This document shows, piece by piece, positions 18,031 to 28,875 of a stretch of 40,694 nucleotides of DNA. The notes under the pieces were generated by a model. The model saw nothing but the letters and a program-made list of their open reading frames with translations, had not been told where the DNA came from and searched no databases. The first letter of the stretch is position 1; each line of letters starts with the position of its first letter. The stretch is from a virus (lineage: Duplodnaviria; Heunggongvirae; Uroviricota; Caudoviricetes). The stretch is from the IMG/VR virus record IMGVR_UViG_2541047798_000002. One strand, given 5' to 3'. The position numbers were made by a program, and so were the translations under genes.

Positions 18031-18490
18031 TCAACGTAAGGCGTTCCTCGATATGCTGGCGTGGTCAGAGGGAACTGATAACGGACGTCAGAAAACCAGA
18101 AATCATGGTTATGACGTCATTGTAGGAGGAGAGCTATTCACTGATTACTCCGATCACCCTCGCAAACTTGTCACGCTAAACCCAAAGCTCAAATCAACAG
18201 CCGCCGGACGTTACCAGCTTCTTTCACGTTGGTGGGATGCCTACCGCAAGCAACTTGGCCTGAAAGACTTCTCTCCCAAAAGCCAGGACGCAGTGGCATT
18301 GCAGCAGATTAAAGAGCGTGGCGCTTTACCGATGATTGATCGCGGTGATATTCGTCAGGCTATCGACCGTTGCAGCAATATCTGGGCTTCACTGCCTGGC
18401 GCTGGTTATGGTCAGTTCGAGCATAAGGCTGACAGCCTGATTGCAAAATTCAAAGAAGCAGGCGGAACGGTCAGAGAGATTGAGGTATGA
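18014..18490 (+). CDS. R: Endolysin (lambda R-like lytic transglycosylase)
   Basis: 158-aa ORF matching lambda R as recalled ([39 protein letters not shown]...). Confidence 0.9.
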
Positions 18491-18963
18491 GCAGAGTCAC
18501 CGCGATTATCTCCGCTCTGATTATCTGCATCGTCGTCTGTCTGTCATGGGCGGTCAATCATTACCGTGATAACGCCATCGCCTACAAAGAACAGCGGGAT
18601 AAAAAAGTCAGTGAGCTGAAGCAGGCGACCGCCACCATTACTGACATGCAGCAGCGCCAGCGTTCTGCTGATGCACTCGATGCTAAATACACGAAGGAGT
18701 TAGCTGATGCGAAAGCTGAAAATGATGCTCTTCTGCGGAAGCTTGATAATGGTGGCAGGGTGCTCGTCAAAGGAAAATGCCCTGTGCCATCCTCAGCCGA
18801 AACCTCCAGCGCCTCCAGCGCCTCCAGCATGGGCAATGATGCCACCGTCGAACTCTCTCCAGTTGCTGGACGAAACGTTCTCGGTATCCGGGACGGAATT
18901 ATCCGCGACCAAACAGCACTGAGAACGCTTCAGGAATATATCAGGACGCAATGCCTTCGATGA
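18487..18963 (+). CDS. Rz: Rz i-spanin
   Basis: 158-aa ORF with N-terminal TM segment and coiled-coil; N-terminus resembles lambda Rz; overlaps R stop. Confidence 0.8.
   Translation: MSRVTAIISALIICIVVCLSWAVNHYRDNAIAYKEQRDKKVSELKQATATITDMQQRQRSADALDAKYTKELADAKAENDALLRKLDNGGRVLVKGKCPVPSSAETSSASSASSMGNDATVELSPVAGRNVLGIRDGIIRDQTALRTLQEYIRTQCLR
18707..18922 (+). CDS. Rz1: Rz1 o-spanin lipoprotein embedded in the +1 frame of Rz
   Basis: [21 protein letters not shown] lipobox followed by a proline-rich region ([14 protein letters not shown]); embedded architecture as in lambda. Confidence 0.7.
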   Translation: MRKLKMMLFCGSLIMVAGCSSKENALCHPQPKPPAPPAPPAWAMMPPSNSLQLLDETFSVSGTELSATKQH

Positions 18964-19136
18964 TAGCGATAATTTTACTCATCATCCTTCACATCTGGCT
19001 CTGTAGACAGGGTGGTGATCACTTCTGGAGTGAATCCAGATTAAACATCTCATTGCTGATGCTTGATATTGAGCATCTGGCGCGCGGTAAGGGGCTGCGT
19101 TGAGATAAGAGTCAGTCATTACAAATACCAGGATTT

Positions 19137-19170
19137 AGCCTCGCATTCGCGGGGCTTTTTATTCCCAACT
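19137..19170 (+). terminator. Intrinsic terminator after lysis cassette
   Basis: gcctcgc-attc-gcggggc hairpin followed by TTTTTATT. Confidence 0.5.
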
Positions 19171-19184
19171 CTATAGGTAATTTT

Positions 19185-19664
19185 ATGACCCAGCATATTG
19201 GCGTAAAGCTGATTAACGCCTTTCCGATGACGAGACAGGCATATAACGATTTTCGTGGCTGGCAGCTTCCTGCCGGAGAAAACGGCGAGGACGAAGGCTA
19301 TCTGGTTGAATATCTGGATGGCGGAAAACCTAACACCGATCGCTTTGATGGCTACGTTAGCTGGAGTCCAAAAGAAGTATTCGAAAAGGCTTATCGTCCG
19401 GTATCAGGGCTAAGTTTCGGCCTTGCCATGGAAGCGTTAAAACAGGGCAAAAGTTTGCAGCGGGCAGGATGGAATGGGAAAGACCAGTTTGTTTATCTCG
19501 TGAAAGGGGAAAAATTAGCGTCTGCGTTGGGTTATGGCTTTGGCGAATATGTTGGCGAGCCAACTTTCAATGACACGCTTGTATTGAAAAACTCACAGAA
19601 CCGCCTTGCTACATGGGTTCCATCCATTGGCGACCTGATGGCTGAAGACTGGCAAATCATTTAA
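19185..19664 (+). CDS. Hypothetical protein with DUF2829-like C-terminal domain
   Basis: 159-aa ORF; segment AMEALKQGKSLQRAGWNGKDQFVYL fits the A-x-EALK-x-GK...R-x-GWNGK signature I associate with DUF2829 phage proteins; weak SD. Confidence 0.45.
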   Translation: MTQHIGVKLINAFPMTRQAYNDFRGWQLPAGENGEDEGYLVEYLDGGKPNTDRFDGYVSWSPKEVFEKAYRPVSGLSFGLAMEALKQGKSLQRAGWNGKDQFVYLVKGEKLASALGYGFGEYVGEPTFNDTLVLKNSQNRLATWVPSIGDLMAEDWQII

Positions 19665-19901
19665 CCATGTAGGCATTACAAAGCCTATCTACGGGTGGGC
19701 TTGATAATGAAACCGGAGTTAATTTCTGGTCACTAATTAACGGCAGTACAGCGAAACAACCCAAGCCAGTAAGTGGGGAAATAACACTGGCAGCCACTGA
19801 AAGATGAACCTCCAGCCTTATGGCAAAAAAGATTCTTTGTGGTGGCGGACTGATGGAAAGACATCCGCTGAATCGATGATGAACAAGTGGAAGAGGTTGT
19901 G

Positions 19902-20072
19902 ATGGTTTCCGTGAACAAAGATCCGAAGGAAGGCGTTGAATACATCACTGGTGCTGATGGTGTGAAAAGGCCAATGGCTTATTACAAAGCGGCCGAAGAG
20001 AGGGCAAGAATGGAAAATCCCCCTAAATGCGGATCATTTTTCGACATGCTGGACCTTCAATGGAAGTTGTGA
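19902..20072 (+). CDS. Hypothetical small protein (56 aa)
   Basis: ATG with AAGAGG SD inside ORF-track ORF 19887..20072; followed by a terminator-like hairpin. Confidence 0.35.
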   Translation: MVSVNKDPKEGVEYITGADGVKRPMAYYKAAEERARMENPPKCGSFFDMLDLQWKL

Positions 20073-20082
20073 ACAACTAACA

Positions 20083-20108
20083 GGTCGCTCAGGCGGCCTT
20101 TTTTATTG
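20083..20108 (+). terminator. Intrinsic terminator-like hairpin + T-run
   Basis: ggtcgc-tcag-gcggcc followed by TTTTTTATT. Confidence 0.45.
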
Positions 20109-20211
20109 CCATCACAAAAGCCATTCCTTACTGAGTGGCTTTGATAATGGCTTATACCCTACACGGGATAACTTAACTGATATCCCTTTTAACGGATAAA
20201 CGGAGCCAACA

Positions 20212-20454
20212 ATGGCAGAGATTATTCCCATGACTGAAGAACAGAAATTCCAGTTAGAGATTTACAAACTGGTCATGAACCAGAACGCAGCCGCAGAAGA
20301 AGCATTTCAATTCATTGGAACTGACGAGCTGAAGCTTGAACTATTCAAAATTCACTTCCAGTCAGGCGGCGCTAATTCGGATATCACGATCCGCACATTT
20401 GAAGCGGTGCGTAAATCGAAGGAAGCGTTAGACCTGTTCACTACCGGAGCATAA
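20212..20454 (+). CDS. Hypothetical protein (80 aa) upstream of terminase
   Basis: ORF with SD (ACGGAG); ends 3 nt before terS start. Confidence 0.5.
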   Translation: MAEIIPMTEEQKFQLEIYKLVMNQNAAAEEAFQFIGTDELKLELFKIHFQSGGANSDITIRTFEAVRKSKEALDLFTTGA

Positions 20455-20456
20455 AC

Positions 20457-20897
20457 ATGGCGCGCCCAACAAAGTATCAAGAGGCGTACGCCGAACAGGC
20501 ACGCAAACTGTGCTTGCTGGGCTACACCGATGCAGAGCTTGCTGATTTCTTCGAAGTCAGTGAGTCAACTATTAACAAGTGGAAGCTTGATTATCCTGAG
20601 TTTTCGGAGTCCATAAAAAAGGGTAAGGCCGTCGCTGATGCAGAAGTTAGTGATCGTCTTTATCAACGCGCTATGGGCTTCGTGGCTCCAGATATCGATA
20701 TTCGTGTTATTGAAAACAGAATTGTCGAAACTCCGCTTGAGAAGTATTACCCGCCTGATACAACCGCTGCCATTTTCTGGCTTAAGAACCGACAGAAGGA
20801 TAAATGGCGCGACAAGGTTGATCACGAGCTAACAGGCAAAGACGGCGGCGCAATTCAGATTGAAACATCACCGATGAGCACTCTATTCGGAAAATGA
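20457..20897 (+). CDS. Terminase small subunit
   Basis: 146-aa ORF immediately upstream of and overlapping terL; HTH-like N-terminus (YTDAELADFFEVSESTINKWK). Confidence 0.7.
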   Translation: MARPTKYQEAYAEQARKLCLLGYTDAELADFFEVSESTINKWKLDYPEFSESIKKGKAVADAEVSDRLYQRAMGFVAPDIDIRVIENRIVETPLEKYYPPDTTAAIFWLKNRQKDKWRDKVDHELTGKDGGAIQIETSPMSTLFGK

Positions 20898-22309
20898 CCT
20901 CGATTAATCCTATCTTTGAACCGTTCATTGAGGCGCATCGCTACAAAGTTGCCAAAGGCGGTCGAGGTAGCGGTAAATCATGGGCAATTGCGAGGCTGCT
21001 TGTTGAAGCGGCGCGTCGGCAGCCTGTGCGCATACTCTGCGCTCGTGAACTGCAAAACAGTATCAGCGATTCGGTAATCCGGTTGCTTGAAGATACCATT
21101 GAGCGGGAAGGGTATTCGGCTGAGTTTGAAATTCAGCGTTCCATGATTCGTCATCTTGGAACGAATGCTGAATTCATGTTCTACGGCATCAAAAACAACC
21201 CGACGAAGATTAAATCGCTCGAAGGCATTGATATCTGCTGGGTGGAAGAAGCGGAAGCGGTAACGAAGGAATCATGGGATATCCTGATACCAACCATCCG
21301 TAAGCCATTTTCCGAAATATGGGTGAGCTTTAACCCAAAGAACATCCTCGACGATACCTATCAGCGATTCGTCGTAAATCCTCCCGATGATATTTGCCTG
21401 CTGACGGTGAACTACACCGACAACCCGCACTTTCCTGAAGTTCTCCGTCTGGAGATGGAAGAGTGCAAACGCAGAAATCCGACACTGTATCGTCACATCT
21501 GGCTTGGTGAGCCAGTAAGCGCAAGTGATATGGCAATCATCAAACGTGAATGGCTTGAAGCCGCAACCGATGCGCACAAGAAACTCGGATGGAAAGCGAA
21601 AGGCGCGGTTGTTTCTGCGCATGACCCATCAGATACAGGGCCGGATGCCAAAGGTTATGCATCGCGTCACGGTTCGGTAGTTAAGCGTATTGCCGAAGGT
21701 CTGCTGATGGACATCAACGAGGGCGCTGACTGGGCTACTTCGCTGGCGATTGAAGACGGCGCTGACCATTACCTGTGGGATGGTGATGGTGTTGGTGCCG
21801 GGCTACGCAGACAGACAACGGAAGCGTTCTCCGGCAAGAAAATCACCGCCACGATGTTCAAGGGCAGTGAATCGCCATTCGATGAAGATGCGCCGTATCA
21901 GGCCGGAGCATGGGCTGATGAAGTCGTACAGGGTGACAACGTTCGCACTATTGGCGATGTGTTCCGCAATAAGCGAGCACAATTCTATTACGCGCTGGCT
22001 GACAGGCTGTATCTGACATATCGGGCGGTTGTTCACGGTGAGTATGCAGACCCAGACGACATGCTGAGTTTCGACAAAGAAGCGATAGGCGAGAAGATGC
22101 TGGAGAAGCTGTTTGCAGAACTGACGCAGATTCAGCGCAAATTCAATAACAACGGGAAGCTGGAGCTTATGACTAAGGTCGAAATGAAGCAGAAGCTCGG
22201 TATTCCATCTCCTAACCTGGCTGATGCGTTGATGATGTGTATGCATTGTCCGGAGTCGGCTGCGCAACCCGACTATTCCAGTTACTCAATTCCTTGTGGT
22301 GTAGGTTGA
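20894..22309 (+). CDS. Terminase large subunit
   Basis: 471-aa ORF; Walker A KGGRGSGKS at N-terminus, Walker B-like ICWVEEAE, C-terminal nuclease region. Confidence 0.9.
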   Translation: MTSINPIFEPFIEAHRYKVAKGGRGSGKSWAIARLLVEAARRQPVRILCARELQNSISDSVIRLLEDTIEREGYSAEFEIQRSMIRHLGTNAEFMFYGIKNNPTKIKSLEGIDICWVEEAEAVTKESWDILIPTIRKPFSEIWVSFNPKNILDDTYQRFVVNPPDDICLLTVNYTDNPHFPEVLRLEMEECKRRNPTLYRHIWLGEPVSASDMAIIKREWLEAATDAHKKLGWKAKGAVVSAHDPSDTGPDAKGYASRHGSVVKRIAEGLLMDINEGADWATSLAIEDGADHYLWDGDGVGAGLRRQTTEAFSGKKITATMFKGSESPFDEDAPYQAGAWADEVVQGDNVRTIGDVFRNKRAQFYYALADRLYLTYRAVVHGEYADPDDMLSFDKEAIGEKMLEKLFAELTQIQRKFNNNGKLELMTKVEMKQKLGIPSPNLADALMMCMHCPESAAQPDYSSYSIPCGVG

Positions 22310-22310
22310 T

Positions 22311-24509
22311 ATGGCAGAAAAAAAGATGACTGACTGGCATCGCAAGGTGCTGTGCAACTTTGATAATGCCTGGTCAGCAACGCAGGATATGCGTGAGCAG
22401 ATTATTGAGGCTCAACGTTTCGTCCGGGTGTCCGGCGCACAGTGGGAAGGCAGCACAAACGCTGGTTACTCATTTGATGAAGGCAGGTTTGAGCATTACC
22501 CGCGCTTTGAACTGAATAAGATTGCCCGTGAATGTGATCGCATCATTGGCGAGTATCGACAGAATCGCATCAGCGTTAAATTCAGGCCGAAGGATGACAA
22601 GGCATCGGAAGCGTTAGCCGAAAAGATGAACGGCAAATTCCGCGCTGATTATCAGGAAACATCCGGTGGCGAAGCGTGTGATAACGCATTTGATGATGCT
22701 GTAACGGGCGGATTCGGTTGTTTCCGCATGTGTGCTGATTACGAAGATGAAATGGATCCGAGTAACGAGCAGCGACGCATCAGCCTTCTTCCTGTTTACG
22801 ACCCGGCGACATGCGTCTTCTTCGATCAGGACAGCAAGCAATATGACCGCTCTGATGCTATGTGGGCTATGGAAATGTTCTCCATGACGCCTAAAGCGTT
22901 CGAGGCTGAATACCCTGATTCCATCGCGGCAAGCCTTTCTCGTGATGACACTGGTACTCAGTATGACTGGTCAACGCCTGACGCCATCTATGTTGGACGC
23001 TACTACGAAGTCCGCATAGAGAAGGTGAAGCTCACAGCATGGCGTAACCCTGTCAGCGGAGAAACGGCAATCTATGATGAAGAGCAAATCAAAGATATTG
23101 TCGACGAGCTGACCGATGGTGCATTCGAACTGATTGGCGAGCGAACGGTGAAGAAACGCCGAGTTTATTGCGGTCTTCTGTCTGGCGCTGAATGGCTGGA
23201 AGAACCGAAGCGTATTCCGGGCGAACATATTCCTCTCATCCCGGTATATGGGCGTCGTTCATTTGTTGATAATCAGGAGCGAATCGAAGGCCACGCAGCA
23301 AAAGCGATGGATGCACAGCGTCTTGAGAACCTGATGGTTTCCATGATTGCAGATAACGCCACTCAGGCTGGCGGTGATGGCATTCCTATCGTGGATGTTG
23401 ATTTCATTCCCGGCCCATTAATGAACCACTGGGCAGAGAGGAATAAGAAAAGACCTGCAGTTCTTCCTATGACCAGCAAGAAGGACAAAAACGGAACGGT
23501 CATTTCAGAGGCTCAGGTTGCTGGCTGGACACCTCCGACACAAATGCCTCCAGCTCTTGCAGGGCTATTGCAGTACACCGGAACGGCTATTCAGCAAATT
23601 ACAGGTGCGTCGCAGCTTGAGAACATGCCGAGCAACGTCGCTACCGATACCGTTGATAGCATCTTTAACCGGATGGACACGCAGTCCTATATCTACATGG
23701 ACAACATGGCTAAATCCATGCGCCGTGCTGGCGTCGTGTGGCTTTCTATGGCTCGTGAAGTCTATGGCAGCGATACGCCAATGCGCATCGTTAATGAGGA
23801 TGACAGCGATGACGTGGCGCTGATGACTGGTGAAGTGGTTGACCGTCAGACAGGGCAGGTTATCGCGCTTAACGACCTTTCGCAGGGTAACTATGAAGTG
23901 ACTGTCGATGTCGGTCAGTCGTTCGCTACTCGCCGTGATGCAACGGTTAAGTCGTTACTTTCCATGCTGGCACTTATCCCGCCAGGAACGCCGAAGCATG
24001 ACCTTGTATCGTCGATGATTCTCGACAATATGGACGGCGAAGGGATGGACGACCTGAAAGAATACAACCGCAATCAGTTGCTTCTGTCTGGCGTTATCAA
24101 GCCGAGAACGCCTGAAGAACAGCAAATGGTTGAGCAGGCGAAACAACAACAGGCCAGTCAGCCAGATCCGGCTATGGTTGCAGCGCAAGGTCAGCTTCTG
24201 GCTGGTCAGGCTGAATTGCAGAAAGCGCAGAACGAACAGGCAGCCATTCAGGTTAAAGCATTCCAGGCACAGACTGATGCTCAGGTTGCAGCGGCAAATG
24301 TTGTGAAAATCCTCGCATCTGCCGATAGCCAGCAGAAATCTGATATCCGCGAGGCTCTGAAACTGCTCGGACAGTTCCAGCAACAGCAAGGAGACAATGC
24401 CCGTGCTGATGCAGAGCTTGTCCTGAAAAGTCAGGCACAGGGCCATGCGCAGCGCATGGACATCAGCAGCATCCTGCAAAAATCAACTCAGCAACAACCA
24501 CAGCAGTAA
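22311..24509 (+). CDS. Portal protein (P22 gp1-like)
   Basis: 732-aa ORF; internal and C-terminal Q-rich barrel segments (PRTPEEQQMVEQAKQQQASQPDPAMVAAQGQLLAGQAELQKAQN) parallel the P22 portal as recalled. Confidence 0.9.
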   Translation: MAEKKMTDWHRKVLCNFDNAWSATQDMREQIIEAQRFVRVSGAQWEGSTNAGYSFDEGRFEHYPRFELNKIARECDRIIGEYRQNRISVKFRPKDDKASEALAEKMNGKFRADYQETSGGEACDNAFDDAVTGGFGCFRMCADYEDEMDPSNEQRRISLLPVYDPATCVFFDQDSKQYDRSDAMWAMEMFSMTPKAFEAEYPDSIAASLSRDDTGTQYDWSTPDAIYVGRYYEVRIEKVKLTAWRNPVSGETAIYDEEQIKDIVDELTDGAFELIGERTVKKRRVYCGLLSGAEWLEEPKRIPGEHIPLIPVYGRRSFVDNQERIEGHAAKAMDAQRLENLMVSMIADNATQAGGDGIPIVDVDFIPGPLMNHWAERNKKRPAVLPMTSKKDKNGTVISEAQVAGWTPPTQMPPALAGLLQYTGTAIQQITGASQLENMPSNVATDTVDSIFNRMDTQSYIYMDNMAKSMRRAGVVWLSMAREVYGSDTPMRIVNEDDSDDVALMTGEVVDRQTGQVIALNDLSQGNYEVTVDVGQSFATRRDATVKSLLSMLALIPPGTPKHDLVSSMILDNMDGEGMDDLKEYNRNQLLLSGVIKPRTPEEQQMVEQAKQQQASQPDPAMVAAQGQLLAGQAELQKAQNEQAAIQVKAFQAQTDAQVAAANVVKILASADSQQKSDIREALKLLGQFQQQQGDNARADAELVLKSQAQGHAQRMDISSILQKSTQQQPQQ

Positions 24510-24599
24510 TTAACCCATAACGTGCAATGGCTGTCTTTATGAGGCCTGGCACCCTATTGCCTTCCGATGGGCTGAACATCGAGTAAACAGGGGTAACAA

Positions 24600-25496
24600 A
24601 TGGACCAGATGGCAGAAAACACACCAGAAGTTGAAATCGAAACCGACGCGTCAGAGCAGATTCCTGATGATGTCGAACTGGCTGAAGAAGTCGAAACAGC
24701 AGATGGCAGTGAGTCCTCAGGAAATGATGCAGAGGAAGCTACTGACACTGATGACGACGAATCAGAACAGGAATTCTACTTTGGTGACGAAAAGCTGGAT
24801 TCGCCAACCAGCGAAGATGGCGCAGAGCATGGACTGGTAAAACACCTGCGCAAGACGATTAAAGAGAAAGACCGTGAGCTGAAAGAGCTGATGCGTCAGT
24901 CTCAGAAACCCGTCGAGCAGCAGCCGGTAATCACTCAACCACCGCGAATGCCAAAACTGGATGATGAGGACATCGGTTTCGATGAAGAAATCTATCAGCA
25001 ACGCATGGCTAAGTGGGCAGAGGATAACGGCAAATACCAGGAGCAAGTACGAGAGCGGAAACGAGAGGAAGAGGCGCGTACCGCAACGCTTCAGCAGAAA
25101 GCAGCCAATTACATGCATAGAGTAAAAGCACTGAAAGTGGCTGGTTACCAGGATGCAGAGCAGGCTGTACGCGAAGATGTTCCTGTTCACATTCAGGACA
25201 TGATCCTTCTTGAGTCAGAGAAGCCGGAAATCGTTGTTCTGGCACTCGGTCGCAACGCTGAACTGCGCAAGCAACTGGCAGAAGCTACCAACCCCGTAGC
25301 AATTGGTCGTCTGCTGGAACGTATCGAATCGAAGGCCAGAATCATGCCAAAAGCAAAAACCACGGCAGCCACAACCCCGACAGTTAAGGGGAGCAACGGC
25401 GCAGTAATCAATAACCTCGACAAACTTCTCGAAAAAGCGCGCGACACCGGTGATTACACCGAATACCGGGCGGCGAAGAACAAAGCTAAAAAATAA
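24600..25496 (+). CDS. Scaffolding protein (P22 gp8-like)
   Basis: 298-aa ORF, highly acidic N-terminus, charged helical body, directly upstream of coat gene. Confidence 0.8.
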   Translation: MDQMAENTPEVEIETDASEQIPDDVELAEEVETADGSESSGNDAEEATDTDDDESEQEFYFGDEKLDSPTSEDGAEHGLVKHLRKTIKEKDRELKELMRQSQKPVEQQPVITQPPRMPKLDDEDIGFDEEIYQQRMAKWAEDNGKYQEQVRERKREEEARTATLQQKAANYMHRVKALKVAGYQDAEQAVREDVPVHIQDMILLESEKPEIVVLALGRNAELRKQLAEATNPVAIGRLLERIESKARIMPKAKTTAATTPTVKGSNGAVINNLDKLLEKARDTGDYTEYRAAKNKAKK

Positions 25497-25516
25497 TCCA
25501 TCGGAGCTAAATACCT

Positions 25517-26776
25517 ATGTCTAACCAGTTAACAAAAGACCTCGAAATCCTCTTTGAGAGCGTCATTGATAGTTTTGAGGCGTCCAATGTCGTTTCCCGC
25601 GAGTGCAGCAAGTTCCGACCGGGCGACATTGAAATGCAGCGCGCTGGCGACGTTGTTTATCGCCCTCAGGGCTACCACCTGAAAACCGTGAGCGGACTTG
25701 ATCTGACTTCGGCCACTGCAAACTCACTCGTTCAGCGTCAGGTGCCTGCTCGCTTCCGCGAGCCAGAGAACGTCATCTACGAACTGGACGCAAAAGAAAT
25801 GCGCGATCCGTGGCACAAAGAGCAGGCTGGCAAGGCGGCGGGTCGCCAGTTGGCGGCGTGGGTTGATAACATGATCGTCGATGAGGTGGTCGCTCGCTCC
25901 ACCAACGTGGTCACCATTAAATCGGCGTCCACCGGTAGCACTCTCGGCGAAGAACTCTGGAACGCATCGGCTGACGTTGATGCAATGATGCTGTCCATTG
26001 GTGTGCCTCAGGGTGGTCAGCGCAAGGCGTTCTACAACCCGTTCAACTACAAAGACCTGGCTAAGGAGCTTGGCTCTCGCGCATATGCGGTCGGTGCAAC
26101 TCTGACAGCCTATGAGAAAGCTCAGATTCCACCTGTGGCATCCTTCGACAGTTTCCGCGTTGATTATGCTGGCGCAATGAAGGCTGGTTCAGCTACCGCT
26201 GTAACTCTCGGCGGCGCAGTAAAACACAAAGTTACCGCGATGGATTCCAACGGCGCGCCTACCGATAACCGCCAGGGTGACATCACCGTATCCACTGCTG
26301 GCGTACTGGCTGTCGGCGATGCATTCACTATCGCAGGCGTTAACAGTGTCCACATGATCAAGAAGGTGGATACAGGTAAGCCGCAGGTATTCCGCGTCCT
26401 GGCAGTAAATGGCACTACCGTTACCATCAGCCCGAAAATTCTGCCACCAGACAACGCGGATAAGGCGTCTATTCCTTACCAGAACGTTACCGCCAATCCG
26501 GTGGCAAACGCGGCGATCACCATCCTCAACAAGAAGGCTGCGGCTTCCAACATCTTCTTCGCTGAGGGTTCTGTTGAGCTGATGTATGGCAAGTTGGCAT
26601 TCCCTACCGGCCAGGGTCCGCAGGTTATGACCGCAAGGACCGAGCAGGGTGCGACCATCATCATGGCTTACCAGTTCGACGCTAAATCTGGCAAAACGTG
26701 GACTCGCTTCACCACGCTGGCTGGCGCAAGCGTACTGGTCCCGGAATTCACCGGCCTGGTACTGGCTAACCAGTAA
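25517..26776 (+). CDS. Major capsid (coat) protein, P22 gp5-like
   Basis: 419-aa ORF following scaffold; followed by a strong terminator, as expected for the most abundant late protein. Confidence 0.85.
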   Translation: MSNQLTKDLEILFESVIDSFEASNVVSRECSKFRPGDIEMQRAGDVVYRPQGYHLKTVSGLDLTSATANSLVQRQVPARFREPENVIYELDAKEMRDPWHKEQAGKAAGRQLAAWVDNMIVDEVVARSTNVVTIKSASTGSTLGEELWNASADVDAMMLSIGVPQGGQRKAFYNPFNYKDLAKELGSRAYAVGATLTAYEKAQIPPVASFDSFRVDYAGAMKAGSATAVTLGGAVKHKVTAMDSNGAPTDNRQGDITVSTAGVLAVGDAFTIAGVNSVHMIKKVDTGKPQVFRVLAVNGTTVTISPKILPPDNADKASIPYQNVTANPVANAAITILNKKAAASNIFFAEGSVELMYGKLAFPTGQGPQVMTARTEQGATIIMAYQFDAKSGKTWTRFTTLAGASVLVPEFTGLVLANQ

Positions 26777-26779
26777 TCC

Positions 26780-26806
26780 AAGGGGCTTCGGCCCCTCTTT
26801 TTTTTT
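26780..26806 (+). terminator. Intrinsic terminator after coat gene
   Basis: aggggc-ttcg-gcccct hairpin followed by a 9-T run. Confidence 0.65.
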
Positions 26807-26816
26807 GGAGATCGAA

Positions 26817-27005
26817 ATGTCTCAAATCATGCTTTATAAGCCGGGATCGATGATCACCTGCGGCCCCCACTCGCTGGATTACATCATCGTTGATGACGAA
26901 GAAGTTAAATCTCACCTGAAAAAAGGCTGGGTAAAAACTCCTGAAGAAACCGCAACGAAGCAAAAAGTGGCTAAGGCGGAAGAAGATGGCGAAAACGAAG
27001 GGTGA
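26817..27005 (+). CDS. Hypothetical small head-region protein (62 aa)
   Basis: ATG with GGAG SD inside ORF-track ORF 26649..27005; MSQIMLYKPGSMITCGPHSLDYIIVDDEEVKSHLKKGW... Confidence 0.45.
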   Translation: MSQIMLYKPGSMITCGPHSLDYIIVDDEEVKSHLKKGWVKTPEETATKQKVAKAEEDGENEG

Positions 27006-27447
27006 TCTCGTTCTAAAGGCTTTACGAAAAGCCGGGCTGTATTCCAATGCCACGTTGACAGATGCTGACCCTCAGGCAATTGAAGATGCCATTAATGACC
27101 TCGAAGACATGATGGCAGCATGGCAGGCTAAAGGTATCGAGCTTGGATATCAGTTTGCTGATACAGAAAACGGCATCATGCCGTTACCTGACGATGATTC
27201 AGGTATCCCTGCATGGGCAAATGATGGCGTCGCTTTGAAACTCGCTGTGCAAGTGTGCATGGATAACGTCATTCAGCCGTCAGACGCTCTCCTTACCGCT
27301 GCTGACAGTGCATATCAAACAATCTGTATCGCTTTAACCAAAATACCACCACTTGAGCGACGAAATGACATGCCTCGCGGGGCGGGGTTAAAAAGCGCGT
27401 TTACGTGGAATCGGTTTTACATCGAGAAAGATGATCCGAGTACGTGA
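26986..27447 (+). CDS. Head completion / tail adaptor protein (P22 gp4-like)
   Basis: 153-aa ORF in gp4 position of the P22 late operon. Confidence 0.65.
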   Translation: MAKTKGDLVLKALRKAGLYSNATLTDADPQAIEDAINDLEDMMAAWQAKGIELGYQFADTENGIMPLPDDDSGIPAWANDGVALKLAVQVCMDNVIQPSDALLTAADSAYQTICIALTKIPPLERRNDMPRGAGLKSAFTWNRFYIEKDDPST

Positions 27448-27456
27448 GGTGAATAA

Positions 27457-28875
27457 ATGCCGATTCAGCAACTTCCGCTTATGAAAGGTGTCGGCAAAGA
27501 CTTTCGAAACGCCGACTATATCGACTATCTGCCAGTGAATATGCTGGCTACGCCCAAAGAAATACTCAACAGCAGCGGATATCTTCGCTCATTCCCGGGC
27601 ATTGCCAAACGTTCTGATGTGAACGGCGTATCGCGGGGCGTCGAGTACAACATGGCGCAGAATGCTGTTTATCGCGTATGTGGTGGTAAGCTGTACAAAG
27701 GAGAAAGTGAAGTCGGTGACGTCGCCGGAAGTGGTCGCGTATCAATGGCGCATGGTCGAACATCACAGGCGGTAGGCGTTAATGGTCAACTGGTCGAATA
27801 CCGCTATGATGGCACGGTTAAAACCGTCTCAAACTGGCCTACAGACAGCGGATTCACGCAGTATGAGTTAGGCTCAGTCCGCGACATTACGCGCTTGCGT
27901 GGGCGTTATGCGTGGTCAAAAGACGGCACTGATTCATGGTTTATCACTGACCCTGAAGACGAATCGCATCCTGACCGTTACAGCGCACAATATCGCGCAG
28001 AATCTCAGCCGGACGGCATCATCGGCATCGGAACATGGCGAGACTTCATCGTCTGCTTTGGCTCATCGACGATTGAATATTTCTCCCTGACGGGCGCAAC
28101 CACTGTTGGTGCCGCTTTGTATGTCGCCCAGCCATCGTTGATGGTGCAAAAAGGAATCGCCGGAACCTACTGCAAAACGCCGTTTGCTGATTCGTATGCG
28201 TTCATCAGCAATCCGGCAACAGGTGCGCCGTCTGTGTACATCATCGGCTCCGGTCAGGTGTCACCAATCGCCAGCGCGAGCATTGAGAAAATCCTCCGCT
28301 CCTACACTGCTGATGAACTGGCTGATGGCGTGATGGAGTCTCTGCGCTTTGATGCTCATGAGTTGCTGATTATCCACCTTCCGCGCCATGTTCTCGTGTA
28401 CGACGCATCTTCAAGCGCCAATGGTCCGCAATGGTGTGTGCTGAAAACAGGCTTGTATGACGATGTGTACCGCGCTATCGACTTCATTTACGAAGGCAAT
28501 CAGATAACGTGCGGAGATAAGCTGGAATCGGTTATCGGCAAATTGCAGTTCGATATCAGCAGCCAGTATGGGCTACAGCAAGAACACCTGTTGTTTACAC
28601 CACTCTTCAAAGCTGAGAACGCCAGATGTTTTGATCTGGAAGTTGAATCATCGACTGGTGTCGCTCAGTACGCTGACCGCCTGTTCCTCTCTGCAACCAC
28701 TGACGGCATCAATTACGGACGTGAGCAGATGATTGAGCAGAATGAACCGTTCGTTTACGACAAACGCGTTTTGTGGAAGCGAGTAGGGCGCATCAGGAAA
28801 AATGTCGGCTTCAAATTGCGCGTTATCACGAAGTCACCTGTCACTCTGTCTGGCGCTCAGATAAGGATCGAGTAA
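27457..28875 (+). CDS. Head completion protein (P22 gp10-like)
   Basis: 472-aa ORF, same length and position as P22 gp10. Confidence 0.75.
   Translation: MPIQQLPLMKGVGKDFRNADYIDYLPVNMLATPKEILNSSGYLRSFPGIAKRSDVNGVSRGVEYNMAQNAVYRVCGGKLYKGESEVGDVAGSGRVSMAHGRTSQAVGVNGQLVEYRYDGTVKTVSNWPTDSGFTQYELGSVRDITRLRGRYAWSKDGTDSWFITDPEDESHPDRYSAQYRAESQPDGIIGIGTWRDFIVCFGSSTIEYFSLTGATTVGAALYVAQPSLMVQKGIAGTYCKTPFADSYAFISNPATGAPSVYIIGSGQVSPIASASIEKILRSYTADELADGVMESLRFDAHELLIIHLPRHVLVYDASSSANGPQWCVLKTGLYDDVYRAIDFIYEGNQITCGDKLESVIGKLQFDISSQYGLQQEHLLFTPLFKAENARCFDLEVESSTGVAQYADRLFLSATTDGINYGREQMIEQNEPFVYDKRVLWKRVGRIRKNVGFKLRVITKSPVTLSGAQIRIE

Noticed and set aside
21272-22267. Minus-strand ORFs (116, 68 and 154 aa) inside terL
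   Set aside because: Antisense to a well-supported terminase large subunit; no independent signals.
22614-25447. Multiple minus-strand ORFs (e.g. 23955..24479, 24762..25190, 25193..25447) within portal and scaffold genes
   Set aside because: Antisense shadows within strongly supported late structural genes.
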